Origin: Psychrobacter cryohalolentis K5
GTDB taxonomy: Bacteria > Pseudomonadota > Gammaproteobacteria > Pseudomonadales > Moraxellaceae
NCBI RefSeq assembly: GCF_000013905.1
Contig: NC_007969.1
Location: forward strand, 2,910,001 to 2,942,000
Direction: 5' to 3'
Length of the DNA: 32,000 nucleotides
Notes under the pieces: model-generated
What the model saw: the letters and a program-made list of their open reading frames with translations, nothing else
Databases searched by the model: none
Told to the model about the DNA's origin: nothing
Translations under genes and position numbers: made by a program
Shown here: positions 1-6,934 of the stretch, piece after piece
Layout: every line of letters begins with the position of its first letter
Position numbering within the stretch: the stretch's first letter is position 1

Positions 1-1
1 T

Positions 2-2254
2 TATCTATCATTGATAAACTTGGCAGCTGATTATGACTATAAGTTAATTATCCTGATTACTGGCATTCACAATAACTTAAGATCACAAACTCAAAAGCGG
101 GTTAATAAAGGATTTATAGGTGTCAACAGTGAGGAGCAAAAACTTACAGGAGTTGGGGTTACTAATAACCCAGTGCTTGATAAAGAAATTAAAGCGAAAC
201 AGCCACACTGTTTAACAAGCTTAACTGAAGACTTTAGCGGAAAAATTCGTAAGACAACGGCAGTTCGATTGGAGAACGCTAAGAACCCAGTCATCATGGT
301 CATTAAGAAAAACCATCATACTTTAGGTAATGTGATTAAATGGCTGAGAAATAATGAACAGGGTCAACGCTTTATTAACGAGCCTGTACTAATTATTGAC
401 GATGAAGCAGACAATGCTTCAATTAATACCAGTAAACATCCAAATGAGACGACAAAAATTAATGGGCAAATAAGAGAGACTTTTAACTTGTTTCGTCAGG
501 GTTCTTATATCGGTTACACAGCCACCCCATTTGCGAATATATTTATAGATCCTGCCAACCACGATGAAGCTTTGGCAGACGATTTGTTTCCTAAGCATTT
601 TATTTTTACGCTTGTACCACCATCGAATTATCTAGGCCCAGCCCAGTTTTTCTTAGGAGAAGATGGTGAGCCTAATTACGACTCTCCTTACGTAGAGTTC
701 ATCCAAGATAATGAAGATAGTATCCCGTTAAAAAAACCTAAAGACTTTGTTCTTACTGAACTTCCTAAAAGTTTGACTTTGGCGCTCTATGAGTACTTGG
801 TAACTATCGTTATTAAAAGTGTACGCTCAGTTAGTAATAAACATACATCAATGCTGATCAATATATCTCATAAAACTCAAGAGCAAGCTGACGCACAATA
901 TCTAGTTAGCCAAACGTTAGAAGAAATCAGACTAGCGGTAAAATTTCATGGTGCTAAACCACAGCAAGAGCGTCTGAAAAACCCACATTTAGAGGGCTTG
1001 TACCGCAAGTTCTTACCTCACTTAAATAAACAGAACGTTGATGAGCTTTTTACTCAGCTACAAAAAGTCATCGATTCAGTTAAAGTAAGAGTAATAAATA
1101 GTGAGAGTAAAGATAAATTAGATTACGATAATTATGAGAACGGTCTAAATGTCATTGCTATCGGTGGATACAGTCTATCACGTGGATTTACTCTAGAAGG
1201 ATTAACTATAAGCTACCTAATACGTAATACCGCCATGGCAGATACGTTATTGCAGATGGGACGATGGTTTGGCTACCGTGAACAGTATGATGATCTCTGT
1301 AAGCTATATATTCCTGACGCTTCATTCGAATGGTATGCATTCATTGCTCAATCTATTGAAGAATTGCGCTCAGAGTTTTCTATTATGGAACAAAATGGTC
1401 TGACGCCAGCAGAGTTTGGTTTAAAAGTTAGAACTAGTAATACTGGGCTATTAATTACTGCACGCAACAAAATGCATCATACAGAGGCTGTTACGCTATC
1501 AGAAAGCTTTTCTGAAGAAGCTTTTACACTTCGTGGTATTGCACTAAACAATTTACTTAGTCAACGTAAATTATTTACTGATTTTGCGCTTAAATCTGCT
1601 GATTTATATGGCTTTAAGCCAGTTTACAACTATGTTAGAGCAGAAAACGATAAGCAATTTCATTTGATTCAAAAAGTTGGCATTGACGAGGTTATCAACC
1701 TACTCAATGAGTATGAGCATTCAATCGATGATAATGGCAGGAAAGAGGCGCTGATATCCTATATTGAAGAACGAGAGGATGAGTTGGCAACTTGGGATAT
1801 TGCAATTCATAAAAGTTATTTAGGTGAAAACGCACTATCTCAGGTTCGTACTTTTGCAAAATCTTGCTATCACTCAGATCATGTCAAAACAGCTGACGGT
1901 GGTGGTCGTATTTTAAGACCATGGGAAGAAGCTTTTGGCTTAACAGATGAGCAGTACGCAAGTGCAGAACAACAAAAAGAGAAATCGAAAGTTAAACAAA
2001 CCGCTCGATTCTATAGAAGAAATAGAAGTCGTCCTTTACTTGTACTCAAGTCTTTCGATCTTTATGTGGGGTCTAAAAAAGAAGGTGATAAAAAGGGTGA
2101 CGATCCAAAATACCAAGATGTACCAGCATATGCGATTAGCTTTCCAAAATCCAGTAACCATAACCCTGTAAGCTACTTGGTTAATAAAGTCTTTATGGAA
2201 GACTACTTTGGTGATGAAGATGAGTCAGACGAAATGGAGGAAGGCTATGAATAA
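2..2254 (+). CDS. SF2 helicase-like / Z1-domain protein, 5'-truncated by the window edge
   Basis: The frame is open from nt 2 with no stop before the TTG at 11, so the N-terminus lies upstream. Helicase-type motifs are present: LIIDDEADNAS (DDEAD at nt 398-412), GYTATPFANIF (motif III-like), and GGYSLSRGFTLEGL...QMGRWFGYR (nt 1253-1279, motif VI-like). I associate that last block with Pfam Z1 (PF10593). The C-terminus is acidic and the stop overlaps the next gene's start. Confidence 0.8.
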   Translation, partial: YLSLINLAADYDYKLIILITGIHNNLRSQTQKRVNKGFIGVNSEEQKLTGVGVTNNPVLDKEIKAKQPHCLTSLTEDFSGKIRKTTAVRLENAKNPVIMVIKKNHHTLGNVIKWLRNNEQGQRFINEPVLIIDDEADNASINTSKHPNETTKINGQIRETFNLFRQGSYIGYTATPFANIFIDPANHDEALADDLFPKHFIFTLVPPSNYLGPAQFFLGEDGEPNYDSPYVEFIQDNEDSIPLKKPKDFVLTELPKSLTLALYEYLVTIVIKSVRSVSNKHTSMLINISHKTQEQADAQYLVSQTLEEIRLAVKFHGAKPQQERLKNPHLEGLYRKFLPHLNKQNVDELFTQLQKVIDSVKVRVINSESKDKLDYDNYENGLNVIAIGGYSLSRGFTLEGLTISYLIRNTAMADTLLQMGRWFGYREQYDDLCKLYIPDASFEWYAFIAQSIEELRSEFSIMEQNGLTPAEFGLKVRTSNTGLLITARNKMHHTEAVTLSESFSEEAFTLRGIALNNLLSQRKLFTDFALKSADLYGFKPVYNYVRAENDKQFHLIQKVGIDEVINLLNEYEHSIDDNGRKEALISYIEEREDELATWDIAIHKSYLGENALSQVRTFAKSCYHSDHVKTADGGGRILRPWEEAFGLTDEQYASAEQQKEKSKVKQTARFYRRNRSRPLLVLKSFDLYVGSKKEGDKKGDDPKYQDVPAYAISFPKSSNHNPVSYLVNKVFMEDYFGDEDESDEMEEGYE

Positions 2255-4367
2255 TCCAACTGATCTTCAAAGCTACTATACTGATCTGATGAATGAGCTC
2301 GACCATAGCTCGACCACGCAGGGTAACTACAAAGAGCTTTTATTCATTGAAAAGATACTTCCTTATATTGAGGAACAAGGCGTCGTTGATGACTTAGAGC
2401 TATACCATTTTTACAAACCAGGATCTCGTTATGGGCGTATTGATGGGTTAGGTTTTAACGGCGATTTTAACGACCTAGACTTAGATCAATTAGAACTAGT
2501 TATACTCATTAACGACTTCGTTCATGATGACAATATTAAATCTTTAACAAATAGTCGCATTGAACAGTTGAAAAAAGCAGGTATTAACTTTTTTAATAGT
2601 GCGTTGAAAAAAGATTTCATTGAAAGCTTAGAAGAAAGTTCAGATGGTTATAGAGCAGCTCAAGAAATATTCCAAAAATATAAACGTATTGAGTCTATTA
2701 AGCTTATCATTTTAACCAATGCTCAAATCAGTAGTCGGGTGGCGGATAAAAAGGAAATAGATGAGGACGTAGATATTCCTCTAAAACTTGATATCTGGGA
2801 TATCAAACGAATCTACGATCTTGAGAGCAGTCAAACAAAATCTGAAGCGATCGAAATTGATTTGAGCGAATGGGGAGGTGCAGTTCCTTCCCTACTGGCA
2901 ACAGAATCAGACGAACTAACAAGCTATTTATGCGTTGTAAATGGACAGACGATTGCTAATCTTTATGATGAATATGGAGCAAGACTATTAGAAGCAAACG
3001 TCAGAAGCTTTTTGCAATTTCGTGGCAAAATTAATAAAGGTATTAGGAAGACGATTAAAACAGAGCCCGAATATTTCTTTAGCTATAACAACGGCTTAAC
3101 GGCTACAGCATCAGATGTGGAATATGATAAAAGCAAACAGGTTATTACCAAGATAAATAACTTACAGATTGTGAATGGAGGGCAAACTACAGCTTCTTTA
3201 TTACTGACTCAAAAGAAAGATAAAGCCGATCTAAGTAAAATAAGGGTTCAGTTAAAACTTAATGTAGTGAGCGATGCAAAGTCAGATGAGCTCATTAGTA
3301 ATATTTCTCGCTTCGCGAACTCTCAGAACGCTATTAAGGATTCCGACTTCTTTTCCAACCATCCTTTCCATCGGACTCTTGAAAAACTATCACGACAAAT
3401 ACTTGCTCCAACGTCAAAAGAAAGGATCAAACCTACACGCTGGTATTACGAAAGAGCGAGAGGCTCTTACTTAAATGCTCAAAGTAAACTAACTGATGCA
3501 GGTAAAAAAGCATTCAGATCTGAACACCCTAAAGAACAGTTAATTATCAAAACAGATTTGGCCAAAATTTATCTCATTTTTGACAAGAGACCTCATGATG
3601 CTATTAAAGGGGCTCAAATAGCATTTAACGGATTTGCACAGTCAATTGAAAAGGTCTGGGATAATAACCCTGAGACAATAAATGAGTATTTTTTTAAAGA
3701 GCTAGTAGCGAAGTTTATTATCTGGCAAGCCTGTAAAAAGTCAGTATATAAGCAGGAAGAGTTTGTTGGTAATACCAAAGCAACCTTGACCGCTTATACA
3801 ATATATATTATTAAAGCTTTAATGGATAAACAAGGTCTTGAGTTCAACTATCCAAAAGTATGGCAAGATCAGGACGTAAATGAATTTTTTCATGATCAGT
3901 TTATCGAGATCTCCATTAAGATAAATGATCTACTCAATCAGTTCAGTGAAGAAACCGGAAATGCCGTATTGTCTATGGCTAAGTCTAAAGAAAACCTAAT
4001 GAAAGTACAGTCTATTATTGATAAGGGTGATTACTTCTCACTAGATATGATGTTTAAAACACAACTAGTTTCTAAAAATATCATTGAAGAAAAGCGTCAA
4101 GATTCAGCTCAGCAAACCAAGACAGTGACTAAAGCTGTAAGTAGCTTGATAGAACTATTCAACACTCCTCCAGCTAAATGGTTAGCTTTAATAAAAGATG
4201 CGGAAGAAAAAGATGTGCTGGATGAAAATGATAAGCAAGTTTTATCACTAGTACCTAACGTTTTACTTGGAAAATCTTTAAAGACACCTACTGATAGACA
4301 GGTCGATTTGATAAATAAAACTTTAATAAAACTCGAAGATAAAGGGGTTTATTTAGAAGTTGGGTAA
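2247..4367 (+). CDS. AIPR-family protein (abortive-infection phage-resistance family, PF10592-like)
   Basis: The translation contains NNGLTATASD and IVNGGQTT (nt 3168-3191), which I recognise as the AIPR core signature. I prefer the ATG at 2247 over the ORF-track start at 2208. GGAGGA at 2236-2241 sits 5 nt upstream, and this ATG overlaps the upstream stop (TAA 2252-2254). Confidence 0.8.
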   Translation: MNNPTDLQSYYTDLMNELDHSSTTQGNYKELLFIEKILPYIEEQGVVDDLELYHFYKPGSRYGRIDGLGFNGDFNDLDLDQLELVILINDFVHDDNIKSLTNSRIEQLKKAGINFFNSALKKDFIESLEESSDGYRAAQEIFQKYKRIESIKLIILTNAQISSRVADKKEIDEDVDIPLKLDIWDIKRIYDLESSQTKSEAIEIDLSEWGGAVPSLLATESDELTSYLCVVNGQTIANLYDEYGARLLEANVRSFLQFRGKINKGIRKTIKTEPEYFFSYNNGLTATASDVEYDKSKQVITKINNLQIVNGGQTTASLLLTQKKDKADLSKIRVQLKLNVVSDAKSDELISNISRFANSQNAIKDSDFFSNHPFHRTLEKLSRQILAPTSKERIKPTRWYYERARGSYLNAQSKLTDAGKKAFRSEHPKEQLIIKTDLAKIYLIFDKRPHDAIKGAQIAFNGFAQSIEKVWDNNPETINEYFFKELVAKFIIWQACKKSVYKQEEFVGNTKATLTAYTIYIIKALMDKQGLEFNYPKVWQDQDVNEFFHDQFIEISIKINDLLNQFSEETGNAVLSMAKSKENLMKVQSIIDKGDYFSLDMMFKTQLVSKNIIEEKRQDSAQQTKTVTKAVSSLIELFNTPPAKWLALIKDAEEKDVLDENDKQVLSLVPNVLLGKSLKTPTDRQVDLINKTLIKLEDKGVYLEVG

Positions 4368-4417
4368 GATTTCGTAAGAGATTTGAAGAAGCCTTATATG
4401 GACTGCAACAGCAGTTT

Positions 4418-4445
4418 TTATTGAGTTTGATTATCAACTCAATAA
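4418..4445. repeat. Perfect 10-bp inverted repeat TTATTGAGTT-N8-AACTCAATAA
   Basis: Read directly: arms at 4418-4427 and 4436-4445 with an 8-nt spacer. It lies 51 nt after the AIPR stop and 21 nt before the umuD-like ATG. No U-tract follows it. Confidence 0.7.
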
Positions 4446-4465
4446 AACTATCAAAAGGTTATTAG

Positions 4466-4896
4466 ATGCCAGTCAAAATAATCGGTGAGCTTACAGACGA
4501 TGGTGAAACAGTATTGCTGTCTTTATACAGCGATAAGGTAAAAGCAGGCTTTCCAAGCCCAGCAACTGACTATGTGCAAAACTGTATTGATTTGAACACT
4601 TTACTTATACCGCCATCCCGCATCAACTTATCTGGTCGAGGTAGAAGGAGATAGCATGTTGAATATCGGCATCTACCCCAATGACATCTTAATCGTTAAT
4701 CGCTCACTGACAGCTTGTCATAAAGACATCGTGATTGCGCTAATAGATAGACGATGGCTTCACTGCTAGGCAGTTAATATTAGGTGATAACATCATCTTA
4801 CGTGCGCACAATGACAATTATGCCGATATCTTGGTTAAGGGATCGCTTGAATTATTTGGGGTGGTGGTGAGTAGTATTAAACGGTTTAAGCGGTGA
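4466..4896 (+). pseudogene. umuD: umuD-like (S24 LexA/UmuD peptidase) pseudogene, two frameshifts
   Basis: Frame 2 gives MPVKIIGEL...KAGFPSPATDYVQNCIDLNTLLI. A +1 shift near 4610-4612 continues as RHPASTYLVEVEGDSMLNIGIYPNDILIVNRSLTACHKDIVIALID. A second shift near 4748-4752 continues as DDGFTARQLILGDNIILRAHNDNYADILVKGSLELFGVVVSSIKRFKR*. Joined, the three pieces give a ~143-aa UmuD-like protein. Confidence 0.8.
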
Positions 4897-4991
4897 ATTT
4901 AAAATAGGTCTATAAAGTATTTTTAGCTCTAAAATATTATGCAGTGATGTAAATAACAAACAAATATTCGAATAGACCTAGAGAAAATTAG

Positions 4992-5492
4992 ATGAAAATC
5001 ATAATACTTATTATCTTTATTTGTTATCTACTGTATGTATTATCACCTCTTTTGAAAAGGCTCAAATACACAGTCGCTTCAGTAAAAATTAACTCGGAGC
5101 TAGGTTTTGGTATAAGCTATATTAAAAAAGTATGGTTTATATTTGATGTAGTACATCGAGGAGGAGGCTACTTACTTTTAAATATTGTACTATTAACAGC
5201 TTTTCTGATTTTTTACGCAAATAGTCCTGTTTATACACCTTCGAACGACAAGAGCTACGGTTCAAATTATGATAGTGAATATAGTGAAATTCAAATTTAC
5301 GAAGAAGATATAGATTCTTATGACGATGAATATTCCAACGGAGTAGGTTATGGTTACGTAAATAGTTATGTACGTAGTGATGGCACTGAAGTATCAGGGC
5401 ACTATAGAACTGATCCTGATGAATACGAAGAAAATAATTTCAGCTATGACGGTAATGAAAGCAATGACTGGGATTATGAGTATCATGATTAA
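4992..5492 (+). CDS. Hypothetical membrane protein with Tyr/Asp/Glu-rich C-terminal tail
   Basis: 166-aa ORF with an ATG start. It has two hydrophobic segments (IIILIIFICYLLYVLSPLL and YLLLNIVLLTAFLIFYA). The last 90 aa contain 15 Tyr and 24 Asp/Glu by my count. I recognise no family and the RBS is weak. Confidence 0.55.
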   Translation: MKIIILIIFICYLLYVLSPLLKRLKYTVASVKINSELGFGISYIKKVWFIFDVVHRGGGYLLLNIVLLTAFLIFYANSPVYTPSNDKSYGSNYDSEYSEIQIYEEDIDSYDDEYSNGVGYGYVNSYVRSDGTEVSGHYRTDPDEYEENNFSYDGNESNDWDYEYHD

Positions 5493-5680
5493 TATTCAAA
5501 GCCACCTAGTAATATTAATATCAAATCTTTGAATAGTATTACTAATTTTATAATGGAAATACTTAGTTACATTATAATAGATTGTGTTCAATACTTGATA
5601 GTTGTTGGTCTATTTGCTGGTCTATATCATTAAATAATATTAATATATTTATTAAAATCAAATACTTATAACCACTGTTT

Positions 5681-5940
5681 GACTTCCTCCTTCACCGCCA
5701 ATCTTAGAAATTCCTAGTTTTCCCAATCTGTCCTACCCCCTCCTAAATATCCCTCAAAAACTGTTAAGATAAATCTTATAGTTTTCTCATGCTTGTTTTT
5801 CTGATATCACCTTCTACTATTTTCTTATCACTAAATTTACATTAATGGATGATCTCTTCAACCTTAAACCGCTTTAACTCTCTCTTCCACCCTTATCGTT
5901 AAATTTGCTTTTCCTAGTAACAACAATAAGACGTTATCTC
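5681..5940. other. ORF-free, G-depleted (C/T-rich on + strand) tract at the accessory/core junction
   Basis: My hand count over 260 nt gives 20 G against 71 C. There is no ORF of 60 aa or more on either strand between 5493 and 6025. Confidence 0.6.
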
Positions 5941-6025
5941 AAAACAGGGTGCGTTATCATGGCAGCGATTAATCTCTTATCAGACACGCTCTAGCGTCCA
6001 AACTAATATCACCATAGAAGATCCA

Positions 6026-6853
6026 TTGAATATATTGCCTTTGAACAATCGTATACCCCTGCCAAAAAACTTCATGATGCCAGTGCGAGTTATATTAACC
6101 ATTATCGGTAGCCTTATGATCGTCGACTGTACGATTTTGATGGCAGTAGATAAGGTAAATTTTGGTTCTGTTGTACCCTTTTTAGTAGGTATGGTGTTTG
6201 TTGCTCATGGTATTTTTTGGCGTAATATAATAAGATTTATCTGCCAAAATAATTGGTTAAGCCGTCTGTGGTATGGGCTATGGATGGTGTTTTTTATCTG
6301 GTTGATCAGTTTTGGTATTTTTGTTTATGCATTACAGCAGCAGATTAAACAAAGTGCTAAACCCATACCTAGAGTCGCTGCCATCATTGTGCTAGGGTCA
6401 GGTACGGTCGCAGGCAAACCTACACCAACACTTGCCAAACGCTTAGATACTGCCGCGCCTCTTATCAATTCACAAAAAGGCGCACTAGTCATTACTAGCG
6501 GTGGCATAGGTTTTGGTCAGACACATAGCGAAGCTTATATTATGGCAACCTACTTGTACGATACATATGACATTCCTCTTAAGCATATTTTGCAAGAAGG
6601 TCAAAGCACGAGTACAGCAGAAAACCTTATTTATAGCCAAGAGATATTAGCGGCAAAAGGCATTTCTATCAAAGCGCCCATCGCTATCGTGACCAGTGAT
6701 TTTCATATTATTCGCGCCGCAAACATCGCTCGGCATCAAGGCTACGTGCAACCTACTATGCTTGCCAGTCCTACTCCGTTATCAATTCGCTATAACGCGT
6801 GGTTTAGAGAGTACTTTGCCTTTGTCAGCGGTTGGCTTTTTGGAGAATACTAG
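6026..6853 (+). CDS. DUF218 (YdcF/ElyC/SanA-like) membrane protein
   Basis: Hydrophobic segments at the N-terminus are followed by IIVLGSG...LVITSGG...HSEAYIMATYL...QSTSTAENL...IVTSDFHIIRA, the DUF218 pattern. The start is uncertain: TTG at 6026, or ATG at 6074/6077. Confidence 0.75.
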   Translation: MNILPLNNRIPLPKNFMMPVRVILTIIGSLMIVDCTILMAVDKVNFGSVVPFLVGMVFVAHGIFWRNIIRFICQNNWLSRLWYGLWMVFFIWLISFGIFVYALQQQIKQSAKPIPRVAAIIVLGSGTVAGKPTPTLAKRLDTAAPLINSQKGALVITSGGIGFGQTHSEAYIMATYLYDTYDIPLKHILQEGQSTSTAENLIYSQEILAAKGISIKAPIAIVTSDFHIIRAANIARHQGYVQPTMLASPTPLSIRYNAWFREYFAFVSGWLFGEY

Positions 6854-6934
6854 ACGGTTTTCATAGTACTTCTCTTTTTGATTAGTTAAAGCGATTGATA
6901 CTTTTTAGATAAAATAATAATAAGGGACGCTGTT

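Noticed and set aside
2208-2246. Upstream extended start codons offered by the ORF track: 2208 for AIPR, 24575 for acnA, 19876 for the small ORF, 30001 for hisF, 20954 for the LysE-family gene, 13953 for murE and 25982 for the DUF3025-like gene.
   Set aside because: The downstream ATG codons have better Shine-Dalgarno spacing and/or reproduce the canonical N-termini of the families (for example [12 protein letters not shown] for HisF).
4400-4465. A canonical LexA/SOS box upstream of the umuD-like gene
   Set aside because: No CTGT-N8-ACAG-type sequence is present. The only palindrome there (4418-4445) has a different half-site.
4466-4654. The 62-aa ORF as a stand-alone small gene
   Set aside because: It is the N-terminal fragment of the frameshifted umuD-like gene. 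The remainder of the protein continues in the other two frames up to 4896.
4466-4896. Programmed ribosomal frameshifting as an explanation for the split umuD-like frames
   Set aside because: Two independent shifts are needed, there are no slippery heptamers or stimulatory structures at the junctions, and the catalytic Lys position is substituted. Simple decay is more parsimonious.
5673-5692. A strong minus-strand Shine-Dalgarno-like AAGGAGG (5692-5686) as evidence of a hidden gene
   Set aside because: The only start codon at suitable spacing (GTG at 5675-5673) opens a 5-codon frame (V-V-I-S-I-stop), so I do not call a gene. The motif is treated as part of the GGA-rich tract instead.
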